DNA from: Podarcis filfolensis
Lineage: Eukaryota
Length of the DNA: 64,000 nucleotides
Assembly: GCA_964270895.1 (NCBI GenBank)
Contig: OZ185441.1
Reading direction: 5' to 3' (one strand)
The notes beneath the pieces were generated by a model. The model did no database searches and was not told where the DNA came from. It was given only the letters and a program-made list of their open reading frames with translations. The translations under genes were made by a program, and so were the position numbers. Shown here in pieces: positions 11,998-26,599 of this stretch (position 1 is its first letter; each line of letters begins with the position of its first letter).

Positions 11998-12127
11998 AGT
12001 AGAACGTGAGACTCTTAATCTCAGGGTTGTGCGTTCGATCCCCACGTTGGGCAAAAGATTCCTGCATTGCAAGGGGTTGGGCTAGATGACCCTTGTGGTC
12101 TCCTCCAGCTCTACCATTCTATAATTC
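11998..12127 (+). mobile_element. tRNA-Lys/CR1 SINE (5' slightly truncated)
   Basis: gtagaacgtgagactcttaatctcagggttgtgcgttcgatccccacgttgggc plus CR1-type tail. Confidence 0.85.
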
Positions 12128-15100
12128 TGTGTCTACCTGGAGTCCACTCCCAATACTTTACTGCCTAAGGGTATTACACTTACTCCCATTAGTACAGCTA
12201 CAACTCCCATTAGTGCCGGTTCTCGGTAGCAGGTGAATTCATTTTTGCCAAACTCTAGCTAACAACGCTGCGGGGATATCAATATTTGAACCTTGAAATA
12301 TGCAAGCGTTTCAGCAAGTTTACTACTGGGCTTAACCAACTAAGAGTATAGGGCTTCTTTTTAGTTAATAATGGGGTCTTCATCTTTGCCCTTTGTTTGT
12401 TTTGCTGTCCAAGCTCATTATCATTTGTATGCCTGGCTATTGTTTTATGAATGTTCACATTTCAGAAGCTCCTTCTATGCCCCACCCCCACCCACCCACA
12501 GACTTTCCAATATCCACCCTCATTATCATCATGAGGCAGTGTTGCTCTTCGCCTGCATTTGCAACTTTAAAAATTAATGCACTCCGATTTTCTGAATACT
12601 GTGAAGCGTAAGCTGCTTAGGAGCACATTATGCTATCAAGCAAGCACATTCTTTCATAGAAAATACAGCTGGTTCTGATTCAAAGGCGTTTCTTTTCACC
12701 TGCAAATGGACTTGCTTCTAACTTGTTCCTCGATTCATTGTCTTTTATGGGTGCCTGCAAATCTTTAATTGTCTTTAATTCAAAAACAAAAGTAAATTCC
12801 GTTCTTTAACTCTCGCAAACATGTTCAATCATAATTCCTCCTGGGATGATTACCAAGTTCTATTCACTGCCTGATCTTCAAACAAAAGTCCATAAATTTA
12901 TTGCCCATTTATATAGACCGCACCAATTATGCCACAATTGAATGGCAGACAAGGAAGAGTCAAAATATTTGAAAGGAGAAGTGTGCAATCTAAATTTAAT
13001 TACACAGGCAAATTATTTGAAAATGAGTTATTTACTGAATGCCAAAAACTGACAGATAGTAAAAGAAATCAACATTACAGATTTAAAATCCCTTTCAGCG
13101 CTTTCTCTCCAATTTGTAACTGCCAAGAAACTGCTGCCCTGAATATTTTTGTGCTGGTACCACAATAATAACTAAAACAAAAACATTATATCTTTCCCAT
13201 AGTTCAGTACCATCACAATAATAAATGGTACTGAAATGCAAGGAAATGCAGAACTGAACTCAAATATCCTTGTTACTAGAATCTACAGCAACCCACAACC
13301 CAATCCAGGTGTGGCTGACCACCTTCCCACTTATCAGGACTTTCAAAAGGATCCTGTATAGTAGGGATGGACAATCTATGACTCTCCAGATGTTGGATGC
13401 CGACTCCCAGCCAGCATGGCTAATGATAAGAGATGACAGGTCCCCCATCTAACAGCCTTATAGACACAGACAGAAGCTGGATGGCATATCTCTGCATCAG
13501 GAGGAGAAACTGACCTTTAAAAAATAGCCCCACATGCAGAATACCTTGAAACCTTAGAAGAGAAAGATTAGATGTCCACAGTGTCCTTTATTTTGAATCA
13601 GCTATCCTTAAACCTTGACATATATTTTAAAATGATAGAGGGGGAAGGAAACATTGACAGCATTACAGAAGTGTTGGGTGCCTTCAATATCACCCACTGC
13701 CAAGCTCACATGTATTTCTCCCTCTTTTCTAATCCTCCATTACAGCCATTTAAACATGTGGTATGAAAGAGATAAATTTAAGCTACACGGAAGGGGAATT
13801 CGAAAGCTGCAGGGCCTTCGCAGGTGTTGTTCCAGCAACCCTGTCTGTTGCTTTCTCTAGTCATAATGCCTGGGCTAAGCTAAACTGTGCTGCTGCGGCC
13901 CTGCCAATTTCAGCCGTCCCTCAAGCAAGAAAGCGCGAAAACTATTTTACATTCAATCAGCAAGCAAAAGAGCCACAATCTAATTCCCAAGCTGGCACGA
14001 TAAATAACGCTGATACCTTTGCATTAAGACGAGGGAGTTGTCCGGGAAGAAGTAGGAATGTAGAAAATGTACATTTTGTCGTGAAAGCATTTCAGAAATC
14101 GTTTGGCCATGCATGCAACCAGACGCCGTTAAGTGGTTTGCTCGCTATCGCGCCATAAATCCCTCCTTTGCATAATAGGAAATAAGGGCGCTCATTTCCC
14201 TCCAACTAATACAAAATGATACGAAAGGCTCTATCACACGGGGAGCTGGGATATTTAGAATATTAATTGAAAATTTCAATTGTAAAAAAAGTGCTGCTTC
14301 AAATAAAAGGGCTCCTATTTCATCATCGCTCAAGTTAATAGCAAGCCAATTGACTGCAACATAAGCAGCATTCATAGCGGTCTTCTGCATCATCTTACGA
14401 TGAACATCCCTGGTATAGAGAGCTCTCCCCACCCCCACCTCCGGCACACACGGGGCTGGGGAGAGGAAGAGAGGTTTGCTTTAATACCATTTCAATTGCT
14501 GCGATTAAAGATGTTTTAGGAGTCTTCAGCTAACGGAAACATTTTGATATATATTGAATATAGTCAAAGCGTTAGTACTCAAAAGAGAGAGCATGGGAAC
14601 CCCCCACAGCTCTTCTCTTTTTTTTTTTATTCAGGTTTAATGGTAGCTCAAATCACTGGCCATTTTTCAATCTTGAGAGATGGAACAGCTTGACACTAAT
14701 AATACATTTGCAAAGGACACATCATCATTTAACACAACATTAAGTGCTCAGGAACAACTTTTTTTTACAATAGACACAACGTGTTCGGAGCTCAGGGTTG
14801 ACATATCATTACATTTTATGCTACAAAGATAATCCAGCCAGCCATTCATGAGAGGTAAATTAATTTTCAAGCAACTGTATTTCAGCTTTAAGCCAACAAG
14901 AAGGATGCATTAAAGTGAATAAGTTTATTTTATGCTATCAGCAAGGGTTTCTTTAGCCTGAATAAAAGACTTTCTTGAGTATACCAGTATCTATACCTTC
15001 AATTATTTCCACTCTCCCTGCAGTTTCGACTCAGAATTCTGCTTGTATAAGTTAAGCTACAATTTTAAACCCATAAAGCAGCCATCTCACGCAGGCTGAA

Positions 15101-17949
15101 TGAACACGGGAGGCAGAAGTGATACAAGGAGGTGGGAAATGAAGAGCGACTTCATATGCTGCAGCCTCTGTAGGGAGGCCGCCCAAACCACAAATATGCA
15201 TAGTGGACCAGAGCATTTGTAAAACTTACTGAGTGCCAGAAAGGTGGTGGGAGGCTCTCTGCAAACCAATCAAGGCAGCAGATATGAATGCTTTCTGCAG
15301 AACTGCAGGCATGTCCAAGCCAGCTTGATCAGACTAAGCGGAGCGGGAATGGTTTTCCATCAGAAATCTCAATGATCTTCACCTGTATGTGCATTGCAAA
15401 TTTTATCTTGTTAGCTGCTATTGGCATTGGGACACTAAGTAATTCAATGTTCCATATCCATGTAGCTTTTAAAGATAAAGCTTTTACTTTTGTGTTGCTT
15501 TCAAAGCTACATTCACTAGTTCATGGGCCTGCTCCATCATTTCGGCTCTCCAAAGGGAGGTCCCTGGAAATCATGTCATTGCAAGGAATGATTTGCCACG
15601 GAGCCCTGGGACCAACAGTCCAGTCATCCACGTTCAACTGGACTGCAGAGAAGCTGTAATACATTTCAGATAGCATTTCTGTAGTACTGAGCTGAAGAAA
15701 TGTGAGTGGAGTCCGCAGTTGGTACAGGAATATAACATGGAGCTTTCTCCACAAGGATGTGTTTCAAATGACAAGGATGCAAGTATAAAGATTGAAACAC
15801 AAAGCAGAACAAGTTGAAACTGAGAGGAACTCAGCTCCTATAAACTGGAAGGGCTTGGTCTTTTGAGATATTCAGCCCAGAACGGTTGCATCTCAGAGCT
15901 ATTCAGGAAACAACTGACGGGAAAATTTGACTTCCCAACTAAAGTTGACCACCTTACAGCAGTAGTCTTTCTTTTTCTTTTTTAAATAAAATACGCCAGG
16001 CTGATGCATTGATACTTTAGAAGGGACATGCTTCTCCAAATATATCATCATTGTTTGCACATGCCATGCTAATTAAGTATATTATAAGAGCAGCACAGCA
16101 TTGCATATGTTAATGCACTGGCGGCCGTGATAGGAAGATATTAGATGTGGAAAATAGTGTGGGAAATGACAAAAAAGCCCATCATGTTCTTCAAAGATTT
16201 ATTCAAAAACTGAAACATTTAACAGAATTGACAGGAAAGAGATCTCTTCTTGTATGCAGCGGTATTATCTCCCACTAAATTTACTTGTAAGGAATAATCT
16301 CCCCAAATCACTCATAATTTTAGCACTCCAAAGTCTTCAGGGCACTTGTAATTCCACACTACTTCGCTTCAACATAAATGCCACCTGACAGGTCTTAACG
16401 AAAAGATGAATGACATCAATAACAGCTTACACTAAAGAGTAGAGGCTGTACATATTTATGAGCAACTGGAGCATTGGACCTCAGGTGAAATGAAATAATG
16501 AACAACAGTTATACCAGGAAATATTAGCAACCAGCTAGATTCAAAGGTATCCGTGTTGATGTCAAGAAAGGGGACTGGAATTCCCAAGCCACTTAACTCA
16601 ACAGCAGACGAACTGATTTAAATAGAACACTTTAGAGCAGAGGTAGGGAACCCCAACCCACAGGCCAGATATGGCAGCCAAATTTCATCAAGTCTTCTGG
16701 GTCCCCTTCTCACCATCAGCTGTTCAGCAGGGAGGGGAAAGGGCTTTGATGTGGTGCAAAGCACAGGACTGCAACTCCTTTCTCTGCAGGAAGATCAAAA
16801 CAGAGTGGGAAATGTCTCAGCAGACTTGCATTCCTTGCAAATATGCAAAAAGTGGTCCATACATTTTGCAACTGCATGCATAACATTTGTGGGCTACAAT
16901 TTCATCTTGAAGCTTGAGACTTTAACTAGCTATAAGGCAGGACTTGCAATTCAGCTGTGCATTGACTTTATTTGCGTTCATTTTCCAATATTGTTGAGGT
17001 GGATATTTCTTTTGGCCATTTGCAGAGTCAGAACAGAAAAAGGGTCTTGCAAAGGAGCCACTGGGAACTGTCTCCCTGCACACCATTTCTGTTTGAAGTA
17101 GCTGCACAGATGCTATAGTGAAGAAGTAATGGATCAAAGGAGAGAAACAATCTCTGTCTATCGTAACAGGAGGACCCACACCTTGCCTGAGCCTTTTGCT
17201 TATAATGAGGACATTTTTAGCTTGCCCACTTGCAATTTTAATTCAGTTCGTATTTATTAACTTCCCCATTAACACGTTTCCCATTTTACATGGGGGCGAA
17301 TTTCATTGGCTTTATTTACTAAGCTTTTAAAAAGCAATCATGTTTGAAGGCTTAATGATTGTTTCAAAGAAATTTTACGACACCCCTTATAAAATTATTA
17401 TTGGTCCTTAACCTTCCAAAGTACTTCTAAACTGCACAAAACACTGCTTCACCCATATATGACGGGCTCTCTGGATTTGCTTGCAATGGTTTCAAAACTT
17501 CCTGTTCTCTTACAGTGGGGCACAAAAGCAGAAATCAACATGCGGTTTGTGGAATTTGTGGCTTTTTCAATCAAGTGCTCGGTGACTTTGAGAAGTAATC
17601 GGGAGATCCTTCCCAACCACAAGCTGGGATAGAGGTTTTTAAGCCTTGGGTGCTCTCTTAGGGTACCTATGTCACCATATGAGTGTAGAGGACACAGCAG
17701 CAATGAGTTGGGGAGACAACTCTGAAGCAGGATGGTTTCAGGACAATCTTACTCAGAGGCTGTTGGTTTGGTCTTTGTTTCCTCTCCATCTCCACTCCCC
17801 ATGCCTTCCCTCAACTGCTGCGCCCTGTGGCTCTCTTTTTTGCAGTTTCTACATGTACCACACTGGAGTTTTAAAACAGAATGATGAACTCATGTTCACT
17901 CTCCGTGATTTTTTTGCATTGACTGCTACAACCCTCTTTTTGCCTATTC

Positions 17950-18425
17950 CTTCAAATCTTCAGTCTTGAGTTTCGTCTCTCTCTATTCTGCTCATTGTTA
18001 CATTACTCCTCTACACTGGGCTCCCTTCTTCCCTCCTCTCACATTCTTTTAAGACTTCTATTGCCTTGCAGAGGTCTTCAGTCTCTTTCTTCCTCTTCTG
18101 CCAACTCCTCCCTCTCTCCATATCCCTTCTCGCTTCCCTTCCTCTTCCATGAACCCCCAAAGTACATTTTTTTTCCTGCTACTTCCTGACATTTGGAACT
18201 TCTTCCTGCCATCTGGCTCCTTCAACTCATGTGTGTAGAAACACCTTTTTCAACTCTGGCATTCTCAAACTCATCTCCCCCCCAAAAAAACTTTCTGTTG
18301 ATTTGCTGTGTTTGTTGATTATTATCATTTCTAGAGCATAAGCTTGAGGTTGGGATCTGTAGCTTTTCTTTGGATCCATGTGCAGCACCGAAAGCTACTG
18401 TGTTGCTCTAGAAATAAATAATAAA
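17950..18425 (+). mobile_element. Old L2-type LINE 3' end
   Basis: Pyrimidine-rich decayed ORF2 end (gacatttggaacttcttcctg, aaacaccttttt) and tail gtgcagcacc...gctctagaaataaataataaat. Confidence 0.45.
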
Positions 18426-20587
18426 TGCAGGAGTAAAAGATCCACTAGAATTCTTCTCGGCCGTAAAACATAGAAAAGAGGCTACCATGACCTCCAACCC
18501 TGATCAGCAGCTCTTGACAAATAAGGAATCAGCTGAATTGAGGAGGCAGTGCAAATTGTGGGGGCAATCCAGAGTCTGTCAGTCAGGATCCCTTGGGCCA
18601 GAGAACCCTAAATAGCACCCCTTGAGCCAGATCCCCTGAGGAACCAGTTCCTGAATGCCACCGCATGCAGTGCACAAGGCAGAAACTGAAAGAGAAGTGA
18701 CTCCTTTAAGGCTGCCTGTTCTTCCTTTGCCTTTTCAGATCGGTGATTCCGGAAACCTTTCTTCAAACCATCATGTGACAATTAACCAGTTCAGAGTTGG
18801 GGAGAACACTTCTGAGTATATACCCACTCTTCACAACTCCCAATTTAGGTGGACCAGGCTCGCCATCTTTAAAAAAAAAAAAACCAGGACAAAAGTAGTC
18901 CAGCTGACTCGCCCAATTAAAATTAATCCAAGTTGCATCAACTGTCTACTTTCTGAAATGTAACCAGGTAATCAAACAGTCAAGTAGTCCTTGTAAAGCA
19001 TTTGGACTTTGTTGGATACAAGGTGCTACACATATGAAAAAGTATTAAGTGTAATTATTGGTTCAGTATCATAATGTATTGCAAGAGCCATCTCCCTGAT
19101 GGCATGTTATAAAAAGGCTCATAAATTATATTTACTACTAGTATGGAAAACAATTGCAAAAGAACCTCTTTCAAATTGACTCTTGCTATTACCGGACTTC
19201 AAAATCAATTTCTCATTTATAAAAAATTAGTATTAAATATTTATAGACAAATGCATAACGATTTCACTTTCTGGAATTAAACACAGGCCATGGCAGGGCA
19301 CATGCACAAAAGCCTTATTAATAAAAAATAAAAAATGGTCAGCTTTCAAAATCTTCAAAGCCAGTCAGATGAATTCATGGAGAATAGGCTTGTGATCATG
19401 ACAGTCAAGACAGAGAAAACAGACCCTCCACCTAGCTGTTCATCCCAAGGCACAATAAAGAATCTATTATTACAGTGTTGAGACTGAAATTGTGCTCTAT
19501 GAATGTCACATGTTGACTTTCTTATTGTTTTGTCATACGACCACTAGTCACAAGGTGCAGGTAGTGCATACTCAGTACTTCTTCCCAGTAACAACACACC
19601 CCGTTTGTCTATAACCTTTTTGTGCGGATTATATATCCCTGCCTTCTTAATGTCCCACATTATCCTTCAAGCCCCTGCATGCAACCCACTAATCCATCTC
19701 TCTAACCCCCATGCAGTAAAAAGTGTGTATTACACGTGTGAAGGATGCACACATGCCAAGCCAAACTAATGCTCCATTTTCTCTCCAAATTTTACTGATT
19801 TCCAGCATTCTATAAACTAGTCCTTCCCCTACAGCAGTCAGGATCATTTGCGACATCACAGCAGCTTCAGCCAATGTGAGAGTGGGAAACTGGCAAGAGG
19901 CATCAGGCACTTAAAAAATGAACAAAAAACAAAAAAACTCAAAGTATATATATTGTGGTTCATAAGTTTTATATGACTGTAAGATACATCAGTGACAATC
20001 AGGTATTTATTTGACAGGTTAAAAATACTGTACTGTTAAAAAGTGCCGTGCTGGAAACAAGCACATTTCTGCTTCTTTAACCTGTGTCACTTTGATGGTT
20101 TTACTGTTTTGTGCTGGGAGCTCAAGGGATGCATGACAAAGGTTAATAGTTACTACAGTCACTCAGCATGAATTTCCTATTCACTTCAACAAAAGGAAAC
20201 AACCTGTTTAATTCATGATCGTATTCTTCCATTCTTTTGAATTGTACAGTTGGCTGTGATGGAAATAGCATCCATTCTCTTTAAAATAAACTAGAATAAC
20301 ACACATGGCAGAAATACCTCGGAACTTCGGATGTGTTCATTTGCAATGCAAGGAATATAGTCCAGGTTTGTGGAAGAAATGCCCCTTCTTCTCTTTTACG
20401 ACTTTTCAAAACTGAACACAGAGGAACAGAAGGAATCAGGAAGGGGCAGTAAGCACCCTCTTTTTCATGTCACCCCAATCCTCACAATGCCCCAGTATGC
20501 TGCTTTCATGCACAACTGTACACAAAGGAAGGGAGGGAGCAGGAGCTCCATGGCTAATTCTTCCACATGTTGGTAATGTATGTCTAC

Positions 20588-20787
20588 AAGGAATGGCTGT
20601 AGATTAATGGTAAACCAGTTGCCTTGCATGCAGAATGCATCAAGTTCAACCCCTTGCTTCTCCAGGAAGGGCTGAGAATGACTCCTCTCTGAAACTCTGG
20701 AGAACCGCTGACGATCAGTGTCAACAACACTGCGCTAGTAGGACCAATGATCTGATTTGGTATAAGACAGCTTCCTACATCCTTATG
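20588..20787 (+). mobile_element. Older tRNA-derived SINE with CR1-like tail
   Basis: ttgcatgcagaa...ttcaacccc...ctccagg tRNA-like head and ggaccaatg...gtataagacagcttcct tail; related copies at 30095, 32900, 36854 and 37748. Confidence 0.7.
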
Positions 20788-23700
20788 GGTCATGCTCTTA
20801 ATTGGTGTTGGGACCAAGTACACACTGCTCTTATCTAATCTTTCTGGAGAAGCTGAATGTTACCAGTGGAGCATGGAGTTACTGCTGGTTGGAATATGTG
20901 ACAGCCCACCTCCAATGGGAGGAGGAAACACTGTCGACACAATCCCTCTCTCCTTCTTCTAAGGTAGAAGCAGAAAGTCCACATGACAGTCATTGTTCAG
21001 GAGGACATGTGTTCTAAATTAAACAAGGAGAAGGTATTTTTTAAAGAAAGGGAGCTATTTATGTATTCAGAGCAGTTGCAGTCCACATTTTGCATCCCCA
21101 TTACACTGGTGATGGCGGTGGTGGTTTTCAGGTTAATAATAATATATCATAGAACATAATCAGCATCCCAGTAAATAACACACTTGCTTAACTAGAACAG
21201 CAGTAATGAAGAAGAGTTCGTGGAGAGAACTTCCCTGACTTGAAACAATGGATTAAAGACAAGCCTTGGCTGTCTGTAAATTGATTCTCAGTAGTTAATG
21301 AATATGAATTTGTGCTACCTAACATAAATACCTGACAGCACAGGCTTTGGTTCTCTTTACATAGTTTTTCTGCTTTGGTGTGACTATTAAAACCAATCAA
21401 TTAATGATAAATTGAGATACTAATACTATATATCCCCCCTTTTGATCCAAAGGTTTTCCCCAAGCTTACAATATGCCTTGATATTATCTAATATGTGCAA
21501 AAATGTAAGAGCAGGCAACTAGTTCCATTCTGAATGCCTTGTGGTGCATTTAAGTGTTGTGCAATTAACAGACTATTTTTGTGGTGTTTCGCAATGATTC
21601 ACAACTTTACACCCCCCAAAGTCTAAACTAATTTGGTAAGCCTCTTTTATGTTTTCTGAATTCAAATTATTAATGGCTGCAAATCCCTCTGCTGTACAAC
21701 TCCAGTGCAAAAGTACTTATTCAGCCATCTTTACTAAGAACCAGCAAGTCTGCCTTACTGTGCTCCACAGCAATACCTTACTATTGTGTTAACCTTTTTT
21801 TGTGTTGCTGTTAGTTATGTCAGTCAAGTTCATGATTAAATAAATTATCATTATATATATAATATAATATAATGTCTCAGAATATGAACCTGGACTGTTC
21901 GTAATGTTTGGTAGAATGACAATTCAAGCACCTATTTCCCTAAAAATTTCTTCTCCATTTCAGATTGTAATGAATACTGCAACAGCAGCATTTCAGCTTA
22001 AGAAATGCCCCCCCCAAGGTATCTGAGTCCTTAGCTCAGCCATCAGATGCCCAGAAAACTAGGGCTTGATGCTCATGGGAATTTTGCGCTTCAGGTTGTC
22101 CCCAATCTACTGTGTGCAAACACGATATTCTACTTAGGGATGACACATGAATTCTCCTGATTCAATCTCCATTGCAAGTACTGCTGTTCTGTTAGCACGG
22201 AAAAGTATCCTAATGCTTTGTGGTGTCTAATTCTATTCAATATAATTCCCACAAGGAAATAAAAATAATCAGTGGCTGGATGTGCAAGCTCTGGAGCATG
22301 CAGCTCAGACAGAGGAAAAAATAGATGCAGCTGGCTATGTAACAACCCAGAAAAGTTCTACAAGGGCTGCAAAGAGACAGTTTGAAACTGACATGCTTGA
22401 GTTCAGAGAAGTCATTTCACAGTAGAGGTGAAATTAACTAGCTTGAGCCAATATGGCAACCCCTTGCATTCATTGCAGAGGCAGGAAGCAAGTATTGTAT
22501 GCAAACCCGATAAGGAGCAATCAGGGTTGAATTTTCCAGAACTGCCTGCTGGTTGTGCAAACCGTTGCACAACCAAGTGGGAGGGTGGGGAGGAGGAAAA
22601 ATACTTGAAGTCGTTGGTAAATTCCACGGAAATCGGAAACACCCCACAAAGCTTCCTTTTTGGAGATGATGCAGTGGGACTGAAAACTCTGCAGTCTCTA
22701 CCATATCCCTAATTCCACTATTGTAACTGAAGAGGTACCTGGAGGAGTTAATGCACCGAGACTAAATGCTGTTTGGATATTTGGAGTAGTTGTGCAGAAA
22801 GCCTTTCTGTCTGCTATCCACACACAAAAAATACCAAGGGGGTGGTGTGTGCATGCCATATAAACTCTAGCTGATGAAACCTATGGTAACTGAGGTACCT
22901 AAACAGATAATGTGAGGACAAAGGAAGGTTTTGTGTCCATTTTTTTTAAAAAAAGATTTTAATTCTCCTGATAGAAAATTGAAGCAGAGCTCTACAGTCC
23001 ATACAGGAGAAGGAAAAGCAATGGGCCACATGAAATCTACCCTGATCTAGAAGTCTTCCCCCATCTGAATCAGAACATTCATTCTTATTTCTTTTTTCAG
23101 TTTGACTTGCCTTAAGTGAGGGCAAGTTAGGCGGAAGAAGAATACCTAGTAATTGATGTTTGTCACTGCAACAACCTATGGCAAATGAGTTGTGTAACCT
23201 GGATTCAATCCTCTGGAACGGCCTGCAAGCTATTTGGTTTCAGAATGATGGCCAACTCTCATTCAGATGCAGATGGAAAAAACAGTGTCAGAGTTTGGGC
23301 CTGCAGTGAAGCACATGTGTGATTAATTGCACCCAAACCTCTGTTTTTCAGTTCCAGTCCACATCCCAGCACACCTTTGCTGAACAACTCACTGTGCTGA
23401 TTCAGCTCATGCTGGGTTGCACCATTTCCAACTGCAAGTGGGGAATCACACTGTGAATGCTCAATCATATACAATGGCTTCTCTACAAATGCAAAACAAT
23501 GCCTCGTCTTCTTCCCAGCAACTATTTCTAAATGTGCAGGTATATTTTTTGTATGATAATCCAATTTACAGCTTTCAGTCTAATGCGGCACAGCTCACCG
23601 AGAGCAGCAGCATATGATTCTCTGGCTAATGTGCTGTAGCAATGCAGGATAATGCCCACATGGGAAACTGGAGAATTGGATGCACAGTGAAGCAATCACA

Positions 23701-24186
23701 TGTTCACTTCATCACAGGTCCAGACTTAGTATGAATGCAGCCTCAATGCAACAGATTCTGTATATTCAAACAACACATATACAGTTCAAGCCACCCTCAC
23801 CATTAATCAATTTGGTATGTGCTGTATCTAACTACTCTTTTAACCGAAAGAGCCACGTTATTACACTGAGTTTCACTTTGCCTCCAATACTTTGAGTTAA
23901 TCTGAGAGCACATCATATCCAGTGAAACCATTACAGCAGGGTGGTTAACCTGTGGCTCTCCAGATGTTGTTGGTCTCCACATCTCATTGGCTTGAGAGTA
24001 ATGGCGAATAGTCAAGAATGATAGTCCAGCAACGTGCATTAAAAAGTTGAATCAGTTCAAAACATGTTGTTAGAAGGCAGTTAAAGTAATCGGCTTTAGA
24101 ACTCACTATCTTTCCTACAGGAATGTAGCACTCACAAAAACTAAAAAGAGAAACAAATATATTAAGTAAAAAGGGAAATGTTTTAC

Positions 24187-24247
24187 CTATTTGTTTTCTG
24201 TACTGCTCAACAGGAGCTCTTGCAGAAGAAGAATCTTTTCTACCCAT
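24187..24247 (-). CDS. TRIQK: TRIQK first coding exon (ATG at 24247; whole exon 24187-24267 including 20 nt of 5' UTR)
   Basis: Translates to MGRKDSSSARAPVEQYRKQI+G, matching the remembered TRIQK N-terminus (MGRKD...PVDQYRKQIG). Acceptor ctctttccctctttccttacag|AG at 24267; donor ATAG|gtaaaa at 24187; 61 coding nt, phase 1. Confidence 0.95.
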
Positions 24248-24785
24248 TTTTTATGTGTCCCAGAACTCTGTAAGGAAAGAGGGAAAGAGTTTATCAATAT
24301 CTATGGTTGTAAGTGGTATGCCTTGCAGAAAAGGGCAGCATACCAATAGATCTAATAATTGACTCAAGAAATAACTACACAGATGCATACACGATTCTAT
24401 GATTCCAAGTGGGTGGAGCAATTAATGTAAATTTCACCTTTGTACAGTACGTTAGCTCCTACACACCCCTCACAGTCCTCCATCAGGGAAGCAAGGGACA
24501 TTATCAGTGTCCAGGGACACACCTAGAGGAAAACACTAAAGGATGTGTGAGAGGGACAGCAGGTAGGTGTGGCTGGGGAGAGGATCTGGCCTGGGGATCA
24601 GTCAAAGAGGCTTAGAGGCTGACATTCCCCCCCCCCCCACAGTGCCTGAAATTCCCCATTCTTGATCTAACCCAACGCATTTCACATCAACAAATGCAAC
24701 ACAGTCCTTCGCAATAACTTTATAGACTACGTGGCTATTCATCATCAGCTCTCTACAAAGGCACAGTACAGACTTAAAAGAATAC

Positions 24786-24918
24786 TGGAAGATAGTTCAG
24801 TTGGTAGAACTGTAGAGACTCTTAATCTCAGGGTTGTGGGTTAGAGTCCCACGTTGGGCGAAAGAGTCCGCCATAGCAGGGAGTTGGACGAGATGATCCA
24901 ACCCTACGGTTCTATGAA
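24786..24918 (+). mobile_element. tRNA-Lys/CR1 SINE, diverged
   Basis: gatagttcagttggtagaac...gagactcttaatctcagggttgtgggtt...cccacgttgggcg. Confidence 0.8.
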
Positions 24919-26599
24919 AACGGGTTTAACAGTGTCTCCCTCCCCCTTTTCTCAGGAAAACTTAGGAATGTGGTTCGGTCGGGGGGAGGGGGCTACAGAA
25001 CTGCTAGAATCCCCGCCAAATTACAATTCCCTGGATTCTTTATGGGAAGTTATAACAGTTAAAGTGGTATGAAACTGATGCAGGTTCATCATGTAGATGT
25101 GACCCGTGTAATAAAATGAAGGCAATAAGGATAAACTCCTCACCCACCCATCCTACACCTCACCTCACACAGAGACCTATGTGTTTGTCTTTTTTTTTCC
25201 CCTGTCGAATCTGCAATGCTGCCATATTCCAGATGACACAAAACAGGAACAAAGGCTAGTAAAGTTGATGATACACAAACTTTTATGTGCAACATCCAGT
25301 TCACAGCTTACTTTATTTGCTTGAAGAAATAGGGTTTTTTATTTGCCTTTTGCTAATTCAATACCCTTGGAACGTTTGCAACAAAATGTCAGCAGTGAAA
25401 AAAGACTGCACTTTTTGCAGCTGCCAGTAAACTATGAAGCGAAAAAAATAATATCTATTTTGTTCTTTAAAAAAACAAAACAAAACAAAAAAGTTTGGCC
25501 TAGTTAATATGAGCCACAGAGACCCTCCTGGATGTCTGTGTGGTTCAAGCTGTCACTGATATTGCAGTAACCAAGACCTCTAAAATTGCTGTGACTTTTC
25601 TTTGTTCTTCAAAGCTGTGCAGTAATCATCATTCATTTCGACTGCTTTGATGGTTAGATAGCAAACTCCCAAGAAACCCAGAGAGACATTAGCACATACA
25701 GCCACAATGTCTAATAAGACAGCTATTTGCATAAAAGATCAGCCACAATTTAAAATGTCTTGCAATAGATGTGGAAAGGGAATAACAGATCTATATTAGC
25801 ATGTACGAAACCGAGATTGTTTTCACAATTTAATTCCCAGGGGACCATAGCTCATCACCTTCCCTTGTAGAAAAAAACCACACCAAAAACTAAAACCTGC
25901 ATTCCCTGAGGAACTAACTTGCTACGAGCCCAAGTTAAACTAAAATATGGATTAATAAGAAAATATATTCATTATTTATGAATCCTGCTCAGGAATGGTA
26001 TTCATTGTATCAGTTTTTTACACCTCATGAAATACTTTGAAAAGAAAACTGTCAGCCTTTCATTAAACTAAAATGGTTTCCATAAAATGATGCAAACCAC
26101 TGAGGGGTTTTTTTTTAAGTAAACAAGAAATGAGTTAAATCCTTTCCCCGCTGTACTATTACCAAAGAGTAATAAAAAGATGGTGATTGAAACCGAAACA
26201 ATAATTATCTTTCTTTATCTTTTCCAGCAAAGGAGAGTTGAGTAGCAGCTTTTGGAAGGCCTGAGTCAAAAAATAATAGGAACATTATTTGGGAAAGCTT
26301 TATGCAGGTATGAAAAGCTTCCTGGAGGTCTGTATAGGGAATGAAAAGGCTTGCCCATTCAGAGTGATGGCAATGTCAGTTCAGGAAACATAACTATCCT
26401 CTGAATAGGCTTGGTGGTGTTGTCACATGGCTATATCTGACCAGTTGTATAGTGTTCTGTTATCACTCTCACTTACATGATTCCTGACTAGCAGAGATCA
26501 CTCTTCCCATGAAGACATGTGATTTCTTACATTGATGTGGGGTCATGTAGGAAAAACTTCATGTGCTGTTCTTGAACCTGAGTGTCCTCTTATCAGCAC

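Noticed and set aside
22412-22712. Three overlapping ORFs of 76-94 aa
   Set aside because: No flanking splice signals or homology that I can recognise; likely chance in a TE-poor region.
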